Origin: a virus
Reading direction: 5' to 3' (one strand)
Virus record (IMG/VR): IMGVR_UViG_3300022562_000301
Location: 1-45,814 of that record
DNA: 45,814 nucleotides
Position numbers and translations under genes: made by a program. Under the pieces are notes generated by a model, which had not been told where the DNA came from, did not search any database, and saw only the letters and a list, made by a program, of their open reading frames with translations. Positions 14,540 through 24,321 of this stretch are shown piece by piece. Each line of letters starts with the position of its first letter. The first letter of the stretch is position 1.

Positions 14540-14995
14540 ATGGGACAAAGAAATTATTCAGTAGACGGCACCCACAGTACAGTTGGGGATACTATCCTTA
14601 CTGTTATTGGTAGTGCTAGTGTACAACCAGGAGTATTTTATTTATCATTAAGTAGTCCTGATGCTGCTGCTGATAATAATGCTGACTGTGTTGTATTAGC
14701 TAATGATGGTACTGGTGCAGGTACAGGTACTGGTGTAACTCCTGCTCCATTTACTGGTGCTGGAACAGCAGCTGTGGCTACGGCTGCACAAACCTATTCT
14801 GCGGAACCTACTACTTATGGTAGTGTTCCTTTACTGCACCCTTCATTTAATCAAAGAAGTTCTTATCAATGGTATGCTAATCCAGGCAAAGAATTCTATC
14901 CTAAACTTGCTGCTAACAGTTTACTTGGTGTACGTATTGATGCTGCACCAACAGCTACGTTTAATATTGATGCTACTTTCCACTTTACGGAATAA
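14540..14995 (+). CDS. hypothetical structural-module protein (151 aa)
   Basis: Start trimmed to ATG 14540, one base after the previous stop. The ORF-track start at 14477 would overlap by 62 nt. Confidence 0.65.
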   Translation: MGQRNYSVDGTHSTVGDTILTVIGSASVQPGVFYLSLSSPDAAADNNADCVVLANDGTGAGTGTGVTPAPFTGAGTAAVATAAQTYSAEPTTYGSVPLLHPSFNQRSSYQWYANPGKEFYPKLAANSLLGVRIDAAPTATFNIDATFHFTE

Positions 14996-14999
14996 ATAA

Positions 15000-15248
15000 A
15001 TGTTTACTAAGTTTGGTATAAAAGACCATTCTACTTTAAAACCTCATGGATATGTTATTAGTAAGCGTAGAGATATTGATGAGGTTGATTTTGAAGGTGA
15101 TACTATTCAATGTTGTCACTGTGGCATGCATTGGATATTTAAACCAGGATCAGGTAGAGTGAGAGGATATTGTTTATTGTGTAATGCAATAACTTGTGGC
15201 CATCCAAGGTGTGATAGCCATGACGATTCGAAGCATCTTTTACGGTGA
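15000..15248 (+). CDS. small Cys-rich (zinc-binding-like) protein (82 aa)
   Basis: CCHCG ... CLLCNAITCGHPRC cysteine clusters. Confidence 0.6.
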   Translation: MFTKFGIKDHSTLKPHGYVISKRRDIDEVDFEGDTIQCCHCGMHWIFKPGSGRVRGYCLLCNAITCGHPRCDSHDDSKHLLR

Positions 15249-15543
15249 ATATATATCTACTACTACTTATAGTGCTGGTGCTTATTTACAATTAGCTACA
15301 GCATCTAATACAGATACTGATATAAATAAACAATATTTTAATTTTATATCGGGTTTAGTTTATGCTATTTCGGGTAATGAGTCTTATGTATTAATGAGTG
15401 ATCAAGCAGCTAGTACTCTTGCTTTCCCTAAACAAGAACCATTAAGTAAATCTGGTGGAGAAAGTTTTGTAGGTGTTCTTTGTGGTAATTATTTAGCTTT
15501 AACCTATAATCCTGATACTATATTCTACTTAGCTGGAGTATAA
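15220..15543 (+). CDS. hypothetical protein (107 aa; alternative GTG start at 15196)
   Basis: Packed operon context. Confidence 0.6.
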   Translation: MTIRSIFYGEYISTTTYSAGAYLQLATASNTDTDINKQYFNFISGLVYAISGNESYVLMSDQAASTLAFPKQEPLSKSGGESFVGVLCGNYLALTYNPDTIFYLAGV

Positions 15544-15544
15544 T

Positions 15545-17068
15545 ATGGCTGTAACAGTAAAAGCTAAAGATACAAGAGCATTAGTTTTACAGAAATCCTT
15601 AAGTGATTTTAGTGCTGTTACTTTTGGTGATACTTCTACTAGTACCTCTACTACTTTTTCATCAGCCTTAAATTTAGCTTTTACTCCTGCTAGTTCTAGA
15701 GAGTATTTAATTATAGCTTCTTGTGAGGTTAATTATACTAGTACTGCTAGCACAGCAGAGGTTAGGTTAAATGATGGAACTACTCAATATAATACTGCAC
15801 TAATTCAACCACAAAATACTGCTGACTATAGACCTTGGCAATGTATATTAAAAGTAACTTTATCTGGATCACAATCTTGGGATATAGAATATAGAGTAAC
15901 TTCTTCTGGTACTGTTAAATTAGGATTTCCTAGTATTATTGCTATTGATCTTTCTACGTTTCCTAATAACTATTATAATAGAAATGCTACTTTTGGCACA
16001 CCTAGTCCACCTGGAACTTGGACTGATGTGGGTGCTAGTTTAACACAAACTACTAGGGCTGGCGATCATTTATTAATAGCTGGAAGTCATTGTAGAAATG
16101 CTTCTGGAAACGTTAATGCTGAGGGTGAAGTTCAGTTATTATACAATGCTGCTAGTCTTGGAAATATGACATATAGAAGTGCATCTTCTGCTTCTGACTA
16201 TTGGGTATATGGCTGTATTTATAAAGTAACATTAACTGCTGCTAGCCATACTTTTAAATTTCAAACTAGAAAAGTAGGTTCCGGTCCAGGTGGTATTCCT
16301 GCTGTTGGTGATAGTACAATAGCTCTTATTGAACTTGATCCTACAGTCATTGCCACCATACCTAAACCACAACTAATAATTCCTAAGAGACCGTTACCTT
16401 TTATTAATAAATCTATAACTATTATTCCACCATATCAAGAACCAGCTGTAGTATCTGTTCCATTAATTAAATATCCCAAAGCTATTATTCCTAAACAATT
16501 ATTACCTTTCTTGAATAAAACAATTACTGTTATCCCGCCATATCAGGAGTCTGTGACTGTGCCATTCACACCTGGAAGTATGACTTTTTATCCTAGTGTT
16601 GGACGACCACCGTTCGCTCCTGATCCTATAGTTCCTGTAAATGTAGTAGTACCTTTAGATCAATTATGGGCTACTGCTTCACCATTTAATCCTTATGGAA
16701 TAGTAGAACACCATACTAAGTTTAGACCTCCAGTAGGTAATAAATTTGGTGTGGCTGGTCAATATATAGGTACGAGCGAACCAGTAAGTCCTATTCTAGA
16801 TGATTGTGTGGTAAAAACTACTAATGTCAATTATACTTTAACAGAAAAAGATGAACTTGTTTTGGCTACTGCTGCAATAACTTTAACACTTCCTACAGCA
16901 GCAGGTATTAAAGGTAAAGTTTATATCATAAAGAATCTTATTAGTGGTACTATTACTATTGATACAGATGGTAGTGAAACTATTGATGGTAGTAATGGAA
17001 CCTATTTAACAGTTCAATATCAAACTATTACTATAATTAGCGATGGAACAAATTGGAATATAATATAG
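15545..17068 (+). CDS. tail fibre / receptor-binding protein
   Basis: 507 aa with a duplicated N-terminal domain and two 36-aa Pro-rich repeats. The C-terminal motif (ITLTLPTAAGIKGKVYIIKNL..GTITID...ETIDG...ITIISDGTNWNI) is common at fibre tips. Confidence 0.65.
   Translation: MAVTVKAKDTRALVLQKSLSDFSAVTFGDTSTSTSTTFSSALNLAFTPASSREYLIIASCEVNYTSTASTAEVRLNDGTTQYNTALIQPQNTADYRPWQCILKVTLSGSQSWDIEYRVTSSGTVKLGFPSIIAIDLSTFPNNYYNRNATFGTPSPPGTWTDVGASLTQTTRAGDHLLIAGSHCRNASGNVNAEGEVQLLYNAASLGNMTYRSASSASDYWVYGCIYKVTLTAASHTFKFQTRKVGSGPGGIPAVGDSTIALIELDPTVIATIPKPQLIIPKRPLPFINKSITIIPPYQEPAVVSVPLIKYPKAIIPKQLLPFLNKTITVIPPYQESVTVPFTPGSMTFYPSVGRPPFAPDPIVPVNVVVPLDQLWATASPFNPYGIVEHHTKFRPPVGNKFGVAGQYIGTSEPVSPILDDCVVKTTNVNYTLTEKDELVLATAAITLTLPTAAGIKGKVYIIKNLISGTITIDTDGSETIDGSNGTYLTVQYQTITIISDGTNWNII
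16376..16549 (+). repeat. In-frame tandem repeat with 108-nt period inside the fibre gene (IIPKRPLPFINKSITIIPPYQE / IIPKQLLPFLNKTITVIPPYQE)
   Basis: Copies at 16376-16441 and 16484-16549, read directly. Confidence 0.85.
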
Positions 17069-17126
17069 GAGAATTGCTATTACTGCTGATACTATATATT
17101 ATATCCCAATAGTTATTCCTTACCCT

Positions 17127-17519
17127 ATGTATATTATACAGTTAGGTATATACATAGAGGTACTTGATGCGTCGAGTAGGGCAGAAATAGGAATATATTC
17201 TGCTGAACAAGGAGTGGTAAAAGATTTAATTTATAGCAATCTTTTATCGCTTAATACTAGAGGCTATAGATTTACTCCTGCTGCTGTTGCATTGGCACCA
17301 GGATTATATTTCTTTGCATATAATAGTGAGAGTTCAACAGCTGAATTAAGAATGTCAAGGCCATCTATTATGTTGCTAGGCCATTCTAACCCTGATCACT
17401 ATACTCCTAATACCTGTTATATTGAAAGTAATACTTTCAGCAATGGTATGCCGAGTAGTGCTGGAGATATTAGTTTATCTTCTGCTAGGGTACCACGTAT
17501 TTTAGCGAGGATAAAATGA
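17127..17519 (+). CDS. hypothetical structural protein (130 aa)
   Basis: The frame is open upstream to 17064, but the only alternative there is an ATT codon, so the start is somewhat uncertain. Confidence 0.55.
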   Translation: MYIIQLGIYIEVLDASSRAEIGIYSAEQGVVKDLIYSNLLSLNTRGYRFTPAAVALAPGLYFFAYNSESSTAELRMSRPSIMLLGHSNPDHYTPNTCYIESNTFSNGMPSSAGDISLSSARVPRILARIK

Positions 17520-18187
17520 ACATAGGTGAGTTGCGAGAGAGCATCAGATTAAATATAGATGATACGGCAGGTGATTTATTTACTGATGCACAATTAAATA
17601 ATATACTTAAAAGAGCGTATAATCACTTGTATCGAAAAATGATTAATGCAGGTGTTAATATAAATGTAGCTAGTATTAGTTTATCTTTTTCTTCTGGTTC
17701 ACAAGAAGTAATAATTGCTAGTTCTTCTGGTGTTCCAGTAGCTAATAGTTTAGTACAGAAACCTTTGTACTGTAGAGATGTTGATAATTTAAAAGTTGAA
17801 ATTTTAGATATGACTGCTTGTCTAGATTCTGGTAAACGTTCAGTGTATCTTAGACGAGTATTCAGTGATAAACAAGAAACGCATTACTTGGGATATTATC
17901 TTACTCCTACTACTGCATTTACAGTAACCTTTGATTATATTCCTAAGATTACTTATGAGTTTGATACAATGAATGATACTACTAGTATTGAATTTATTCC
18001 GTCTGAACACCATGATGTTTTAATTAATTATGCTACTGTATTAGCACTAGGTAAAGATGAAATCAATGCTAAGTTTTGGTATGAGATGTATAATGAAACT
18101 TGGCGTGATATGGTTCACAATGCTAGTAATGTTCCTGAAAAATATTCTGGTGTTGTAGACGTATATGAAGATGAGGATTGGGAGTAA
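17516..18187 (+). CDS. adaptor / tail tubular protein A-like (by position)
   Basis: 223 aa immediately before a 734-aa protein. Matches the T7-like gp11/gp12 order and sizes. No motif evidence. Confidence 0.4.
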   Translation: MNIGELRESIRLNIDDTAGDLFTDAQLNNILKRAYNHLYRKMINAGVNINVASISLSFSSGSQEVIIASSSGVPVANSLVQKPLYCRDVDNLKVEILDMTACLDSGKRSVYLRRVFSDKQETHYLGYYLTPTTAFTVTFDYIPKITYEFDTMNDTTSIEFIPSEHHDVLINYATVLALGKDEINAKFWYEMYNETWRDMVHNASNVPEKYSGVVDVYEDEDWE

Positions 18188-20382
18188 TGCCTAAGCAAAA
18201 GATTAATCAATTCTTAGGCTATACCACCAAACCTGATGAGATTGTGGGTCAGCCAGGAATTGCCACTGAAGCTATTAATTGCTTTATTCATCAGGGAGAT
18301 ATAGTTAACTTTCCTACATTTGCAGAATTAATTTCTGGTGGTAGTTACGGACGTGCTCAATATATTCCTACTGGTTTATATAGAATAGAAACTGTATTAG
18401 GTTTACGCGAGTTCGTAATTCGTAGATACTGGTCTACACTGAGTCCTACTGGATTTTCAGGATTTGTATTGCATCCTTTACTACTACAATTAGTAGCTAA
18501 TTTTATACCAGTTCCTGAATCAGACTTAGTAGTTAATGACGTTAATAAATATTTTAGACAACAGGTTTTAGTTGCTAATAAAGTAGGTTATTTTCTTGGA
18601 AAGTTTGGCGGGGATGAATTAAGATATGACGCATACACAGCACATGGATTACCTTATGGTGTAATCCCCTCACAGATGGTTAAGTTTTGGTGGGATCAAA
18701 AATACGGTCAATTTAGATCTGATGTTGTAGGAGTCTATGCTCCATATTATGTTAAACATATAAATATTGGTGCTAATAATTCTGCTGGTTCTGGACAAAG
18801 TTCTACACCATTACCTACTGCCAGCTATCAATTCGCTTTATCTTTTGTCCATCATTGGGAAGATTTACCTAGAGATAAAGTTGATGGTAATATTTATGGT
18901 ACTAGTTCTTATATGTCTCCATTGAATAGTGAATCAAATATTACAGCCGATGCTTTAGGAACAGTAGCAGTCTCAACTACTACTGGTAGATACTTTAAAT
19001 TTAGTGCTTATCTTCATCCTTTAGTACGACTTAAAGTTAATAAAAATGGTGGTATTATAGTAGGAGTTTATGTAAGAAAATCTACAGAATCGCATTATGA
19101 TTTTCTTGGCTATTGTGAAACTACTGATGTAAATATTGCTGGTCCTAATGGTATTACTACTACTTATGGTGCAGAAGGAACTGGTACTGCTTTTACTTCC
19201 TATTATAATTTACCAGCTAATACCCAAAACTTAAATGTATGGACTTTCGGAATTGATCTTAATGGATTAACACCTAATGTTACTAAAGATGTACCATTAA
19301 CAGGATCTACTGGTCCTATTGCTGGCTCTAATAATGTACCTAAACCATCGTTCCATGCTACTACATTTAAGGGTAGAACTTACTACGGAAATATTGGTAG
19401 TAATATATTAGAGTATAGCAAACGTACACCTTTAGGCGTTGAAGATACCGGAATATATAATCAGTATATTGAAGGCTATGAGCCTATTGGTGACCAGGGA
19501 AATATTACAGGTATTGTAGAATTTCTTGGTCAATTAATTATATTTAAGGATAGTAAGACTTATGTATTAACTGGTGATATTGCTGATAAAGATACTAGAT
19601 TAAGGGTTTTATTTGATGATATAGGTTGCCAAAATGACGGAGAAAGTAAGTCTTATTTAGTATTCAGAGATGTATTATATTGGGTTTATAGGCACGCATA
19701 TTATAAGTATTCTGGTGATGCACGGCCGGTACCCATAACTGATATTATAGAAAAAGAAGTAGATGTATATGATAATAAAATTATGATGTTATCTGTTAAT
19801 GAAAGATATGGTTTGATTTATTTTAATGAAACTCCCCACGATACTTTTATTACTACTAAACATGCTTTAGTATATAATCATAATAATGGTACTTGGACTA
19901 AATCTAGTGTACCTGTATATACATTTGTTAGATTACAAAATAAATTTTTAATGGCACAAACTAATTATAGTATACATTATGTTGTAGACATTGATGCTAT
20001 TCAGATACAAGGTATATTATCTGGTGCAGAATTTGTATTTCCACTAGATTCTGTATGGAGAAGTAGTGAGTATGACTTTACTGAATTAGGTAGATTAAAA
20101 TGGTGGAAGCATGTAAGATTTATTTATGAAATAGTTAATAAACCACCAGACTATCAAAATCTTCCTGAGACTGCACAAAAATTTATTAATATATACGATG
20201 AAGGAAAAGAATTATTAGTTACTAAGAATTTATCCGAAGTAGGAAATTTAGTTAAAGTTGGTAGGCATACTGATAAAATAACTGTAGAGTTTAAAATTAC
20301 TTATCCTGAAAGTGTCTGGACTTTATATCCATTTAGGGTTAGAGAATTTCAGTTAGAAGCTACTGTTAGAGGGAGACGTTAA
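18178..20382 (+). CDS. nozzle / tail tubular protein B-like (by position)
   Basis: 734 aa. Synteny argument only. Confidence 0.4.
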   Translation: MGVMPKQKINQFLGYTTKPDEIVGQPGIATEAINCFIHQGDIVNFPTFAELISGGSYGRAQYIPTGLYRIETVLGLREFVIRRYWSTLSPTGFSGFVLHPLLLQLVANFIPVPESDLVVNDVNKYFRQQVLVANKVGYFLGKFGGDELRYDAYTAHGLPYGVIPSQMVKFWWDQKYGQFRSDVVGVYAPYYVKHINIGANNSAGSGQSSTPLPTASYQFALSFVHHWEDLPRDKVDGNIYGTSSYMSPLNSESNITADALGTVAVSTTTGRYFKFSAYLHPLVRLKVNKNGGIIVGVYVRKSTESHYDFLGYCETTDVNIAGPNGITTTYGAEGTGTAFTSYYNLPANTQNLNVWTFGIDLNGLTPNVTKDVPLTGSTGPIAGSNNVPKPSFHATTFKGRTYYGNIGSNILEYSKRTPLGVEDTGIYNQYIEGYEPIGDQGNITGIVEFLGQLIIFKDSKTYVLTGDIADKDTRLRVLFDDIGCQNDGESKSYLVFRDVLYWVYRHAYYKYSGDARPVPITDIIEKEVDVYDNKIMMLSVNERYGLIYFNETPHDTFITTKHALVYNHNNGTWTKSSVPVYTFVRLQNKFLMAQTNYSIHYVVDIDAIQIQGILSGAEFVFPLDSVWRSSEYDFTELGRLKWWKHVRFIYEIVNKPPDYQNLPETAQKFINIYDEGKELLVTKNLSEVGNLVKVGRHTDKITVEFKITYPESVWTLYPFRVREFQLEATVRGRR

Positions 20383-20816
20383 TGGCAGCAAATGATAAGA
20401 CTGCTAGAGTTTCAGGTTTTCTACGGATTTCCCCTAGCAGCGTAGCTAGTCCGTTAGAAAACATAGCTATTGATTTATATACTAACACTTTTCAAATAGT
20501 ACAAAAATTAACCTTTACATTAGCTGCTGGTGCTACAAAAACTATTACTTTTTCAGTATTAGGTATTGCTAACAATGCTCATTTAATTTATGTAAAAGCT
20601 AGAGATATTACTACTGGATTACCACGATGTGTGGAATTAACGTTTACTGCCGCAGTTAGTGGTGAGGGTGGTATTTCTGCCGTTAGTCCATCGGCATTAG
20701 TTGTATCTGATTTAGTATCTGTAGCCTATGATATACAAGATAATACTGCACTAGCTATTCAAGCTCAAAGTTCAGGTAATGATACACAAGTTACTGTACT
20801 AGTGGCAGGAGATTAA
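20382..20816 (+). CDS. structural protein, paralogue 1 (144 aa, MAANDKT...)
   Basis: Similar to 20818..21249 (MAANDKT, ITFSVLGIANNAHLIYVKARDITTGL / IDFSVYGITNASFFYLKARDVSTGL). Confidence 0.7.
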   Translation: MAANDKTARVSGFLRISPSSVASPLENIAIDLYTNTFQIVQKLTFTLAAGATKTITFSVLGIANNAHLIYVKARDITTGLPRCVELTFTAAVSGEGGISAVSPSALVVSDLVSVAYDIQDNTALAIQAQSSGNDTQVTVLVAGD

Positions 20817-20817
20817 T

Positions 20818-21249
20818 ATGGCAGCCAATGATAAAACTACTACATTACAAGGGTCTTTAAAGACAGTACCATCAGGTGGTATTAGTCCTACTGAATTGAT
20901 AGAATTAGCAGCTACTACACCTACCTATCAAACTTACGCTACTGGTTCATTAACTAGGGCTGCTGGTGGTTCTGCTGTTACTATTGATTTCTCAGTTTAT
21001 GGTATTACTAATGCATCATTCTTTTATTTAAAGGCTAGAGATGTAAGTACTGGTCTTGGTAAATCTGTACTATTAACTTGTACTCAATTAACTACTACTG
21101 TTGCAGGATTAGTACCTACTGCTACATTTGCACATCTTTGTACTGACTTCTTTCATTGCTCCTATGAGAATCCTAGCTTACAACAGGTAGTAGTTACCTT
21201 TCAAAGTTCAGGAAATAGTACAGAAATTAATTGGGCTGTAGGCGGATGA
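20818..21249 (+). CDS. structural protein, paralogue 2 (143 aa)
   Basis: Tandem paralogue of 20382..20816. Confidence 0.7.
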   Translation: MAANDKTTTLQGSLKTVPSGGISPTELIELAATTPTYQTYATGSLTRAAGGSAVTIDFSVYGITNASFFYLKARDVSTGLGKSVLLTCTQLTTTVAGLVPTATFAHLCTDFFHCSYENPSLQQVVVTFQSSGNSTEINWAVGG

Positions 21250-21701
21250 CACAATTACCTTATAAGTATAATACACTACAGGATCAACAGACTGTAGAAG
21301 TACTTACCTCTACTGATGAACTTAAACGACTATACTTTAAATTTTCACATCTCGATCCTACTTTAGTAGTTGGTATTATTCCTAAATATCATATGATTAC
21401 TAAAGTTATTATTGCAGTTCAAGAAGCATTTTTACCTGGAACTACAGATTTCTCATTACACTTTCGTGGTTCTGAAAATGGGTCGATAGCTAGTGGTAGT
21501 TTGTCAACAAGTAGAACATTTATCCCATTTACAGGGGATAATACTTCTAATCAAGATATGCTTAGCATTGTTAATACTGATAAGTTTCTTGTGTTTTCGG
21601 CGGCAAATGATGTGCAAAATTTAACTTTTACTAGGGGGTCGGGATGGGGTCTTATTGAGTACTTAAATATGAATAGTGTCCCTGGTTACAGGAGACTATA
21701 A
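21246..21701 (+). CDS. hypothetical structural protein (151 aa)
   Basis: ATGA overlap with the previous stop. Confidence 0.6.
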   Translation: MTQLPYKYNTLQDQQTVEVLTSTDELKRLYFKFSHLDPTLVVGIIPKYHMITKVIIAVQEAFLPGTTDFSLHFRGSENGSIASGSLSTSRTFIPFTGDNTSNQDMLSIVNTDKFLVFSAANDVQNLTFTRGSGWGLIEYLNMNSVPGYRRL

Positions 21702-22535
21702 ATGTCTTTAGCACCTTCTGGTATTAATAATTATTTTAACGATGCTGGTGAAATTATTCGTAGAACTTATGGCGGTGGACAAAAAACTGACGAGGATTTA
21801 TTAAATGAAGGGTTTGATAGGTCTCAAAGAGAATATGACTTAGGTGTAGCTCGGCAACAAAGAGTAGCTACTGGTGCACGTAGAGAATTAGGGAATTCAA
21901 TTAGAGATATTCAAAACTTATTTCACACTAGACTTAATGATATTCTTAGTAGTGTTAATCCTGAACCCTTTAGTAATGAATTGCGACAATCTCTAGAAGG
22001 GCAAGCATTTAGTAATATTAACAATGAAGTCGGCAATCTTACTAATCAAGTTAGGGCTGGGCTTGGTCAGCGTGGGCTTAGTTCTGGTGGTTCTCAAGCT
22101 ACTTCTGCGGCTACTGATATTGGATTAGGGGAAATTTCTGCTCGTAATCAGGCCCGTACTGATTTACTTGGCCAGCAGATGGATATTAATACTGCTCAGC
22201 AAAGATTCCTAGCTAACCTTAAAGCAGGAATGACAGCACAAGAAGCAGCATCAGTATCAGGATTATCTGCTGTAAATGCTCAGTTAGGACTAGGACAAGC
22301 TAGTTTATTAGACCCGACTTATATTCCTAATTTAATTGGCGATGTTACTAGTGCTCAAATTGGTATTAGACAATCTGAAGAATTATTAAGACGAATGGAT
22401 GAGTTAATTGAAGCTGGAACTCCAGATGAAATTTCTAGATTCTTAACTGATTTCCTTGGACCTTTAGCTTCTGTTTCTGGATTTAGTAGAATTGGGGTAG
22501 GACTTTCAGGACTTGGTAGTATATGGAATAAATAG
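21702..22535 (+). CDS. internal virion / ejection protein candidate (277 aa)
   Basis: Its position before the giant protein matches the T7-like internal core gene order. No motif evidence. Confidence 0.45.
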   Translation: MSLAPSGINNYFNDAGEIIRRTYGGGQKTDEDLLNEGFDRSQREYDLGVARQQRVATGARRELGNSIRDIQNLFHTRLNDILSSVNPEPFSNELRQSLEGQAFSNINNEVGNLTNQVRAGLGQRGLSSGGSQATSAATDIGLGEISARNQARTDLLGQQMDINTAQQRFLANLKAGMTAQEAASVSGLSAVNAQLGLGQASLLDPTYIPNLIGDVTSAQIGIRQSEELLRRMDELIEAGTPDEISRFLTDFLGPLASVSGFSRIGVGLSGLGSIWNK

Positions 22536-22543
22536 GAGCTATT

Positions 22544-23338
22544 ATGGCATTTAGAGATATAGGGCCATTAGCTCTCCAAGCTGCCCAGCAGAGAGCTGCC
22601 CTTGAACTTGATATGTATAGATTTCGTGAAGGTCTTAGACAAGCTAATGCACAACGAACTTGGGCTATGGCTGAACAATTAAGACAAGAACACGAAGCAA
22701 AGAAAGCTGAAAGAAAAGCTCGTAAAAGAAAAAATGCAGTAATTGCTGGTAGTGTTGTTGGTGGTTTAGCTACTGCTGGATTGGGTGCTGCATTAGCACC
22801 AGCAGCAGCCGGAGCAGCAGAAGGTGGTATTATTGCTGGTGGTCTAGGACCAGGAGGTATGACTGCTACCGAGTTAGCTTTCGGTGCTGGAGCAGGTGCT
22901 GATACATTAGCTTTAGGCGGTGGTCTTAGTACTGGATTAACTGGTGCAGGATTAACAGCAGCAGGTACTGGTGCAGGTGCTGGACTTAGTAATACTCTTA
23001 CTGGTTTAGGTACTACAGCTGCTACGCAAGGATTAAGTTCATTAGTTAGTGGATCACCTGCTGCTGCCATAGGCACTGTCGGAGCAGCTAATGCTCCTAC
23101 TATTGGTAAGTCTATTGGCAATGCACTTATGCAATTAATGCAGAAACATTTACAGGGTAGTATTAATACTAGTGATAGTGCTAAAGAATCTAGTGAAAAG
23201 AAAAAGGAAGAAAATAGAAAATTATTAGAACAGATACTTGGTAATTCATTAATGCAAGAAACATTTGGACCTCCTGCACCAGTTAATAATTATTTAGAAC
23301 CATTACGAAGACCTACTAATTTACCATATGGAGGTTAA
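22544..23338 (+). CDS. Gly/Ala-rich membrane-interacting internal protein candidate (264 aa)
   Basis: Long G/A/T-rich hydrophobic low-complexity core (AVIAGSVVGGLATAGLGAALAPAAAGAAEGG...). Confidence 0.55.
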   Translation: MAFRDIGPLALQAAQQRAALELDMYRFREGLRQANAQRTWAMAEQLRQEHEAKKAERKARKRKNAVIAGSVVGGLATAGLGAALAPAAAGAAEGGIIAGGLGPGGMTATELAFGAGAGADTLALGGGLSTGLTGAGLTAAGTGAGAGLSNTLTGLGTTAATQGLSSLVSGSPAAAIGTVGAANAPTIGKSIGNALMQLMQKHLQGSINTSDSAKESSEKKKEENRKLLEQILGNSLMQETFGPPAPVNNYLEPLRRPTNLPYGG

Positions 23339-23340
23339 TT

Positions 23341-24321
23341 ATGGCAAAGGTACAGACTGAACTGTCGGATTTACAGTTAACTCCCAGGGAAGCTGCTCCA
23401 CAAAATGTTGAAGTACTAAGGAATATGATTCAAGCTATTATTGATCCTATTGCCTTAGGTTATTTAGGCCAACCAACTATTGGTCCATTAAATCAACAGA
23501 TTCGTCAACGAGAAGATATGCGTCGTGCTATACCTATAGAAACTCAAGATAGAATGTTAAACTTACGAAAAGAACAAATGGGTGCTAGACTTACTCAAGA
23601 AAAATCTGCTCTAGAACAAATGTTATTAAAACAAAGAGCACAGTCAGGTCAATATAGTTTAATGCAACAACAGGATGCTTTAGATCAATTACAAAATAAT
23701 CCTAATTTAACTGATGCTGAGAGAACACAATACCAACAGATTCTTGCTGGAGGTATTCCACAATTAGAAAGAGTAGTTAGAACTGAAGAAAATTCTAGAC
23801 AAAAAACCGTAGAATGGGTTATGGATAATGTAGCAAATGTAAATGATATTGCAGACAAAGACGAACGTAGAGCAGCTGCTATAGATTGGATGAATGTATA
23901 TGATCCAAATTCTAGAGCACAAAGAGGTTTACCAGAAGAAAGTAAAATTAAAATGGATATTGATTATGATACACTAAATTTAATAAAAGGGTTTATGGCC
24001 AGAGAATCATCCGAAAAATTAGAACCTGGTGATATAGTAGGTAGAGATTATAACGATAAACCAGTAATTCAAAGTGGACATCAAAAAGATTTTCTTAAAA
24101 CTTTAGTAGAAAAAATAGGACTACCTAGATATAAGCAACTTAGATTAAATAACAGAGAGGAGTATGAAAGATTGTTGGATGAGTTATCTATACTTCTACC
24201 AGATATAGATAGAAAAAGTATTAATATAGCTTTAAATGAAGATGCCCAGAGATTAAAAAAAGAATTAGATATAAAAGCTAAGGAAGAATTTACTGATAGA
24301 CTTTTGCGAGGTAAAGAATAA
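23341..24321 (+). CDS. internal virion protein candidate (326 aa)
   Basis: Position only. Confidence 0.5.
   Translation: MAKVQTELSDLQLTPREAAPQNVEVLRNMIQAIIDPIALGYLGQPTIGPLNQQIRQREDMRRAIPIETQDRMLNLRKEQMGARLTQEKSALEQMLLKQRAQSGQYSLMQQQDALDQLQNNPNLTDAERTQYQQILAGGIPQLERVVRTEENSRQKTVEWVMDNVANVNDIADKDERRAAAIDWMNVYDPNSRAQRGLPEESKIKMDIDYDTLNLIKGFMARESSEKLEPGDIVGRDYNDKPVIQSGHQKDFLKTLVEKIGLPRYKQLRLNNREEYERLLDELSILLPDIDRKSINIALNEDAQRLKKELDIKAKEEFTDRLLRGKE

Noticed and set aside
22483-23121. 212-aa ORF on the minus strand
   Set aside because: It is antisense to the Gly/Ala-rich core of 22544..23338. Its Pro/Ala-rich translation is the mirror image of GCN/GGN repeats, and it interrupts an otherwise uniform rightward operon.
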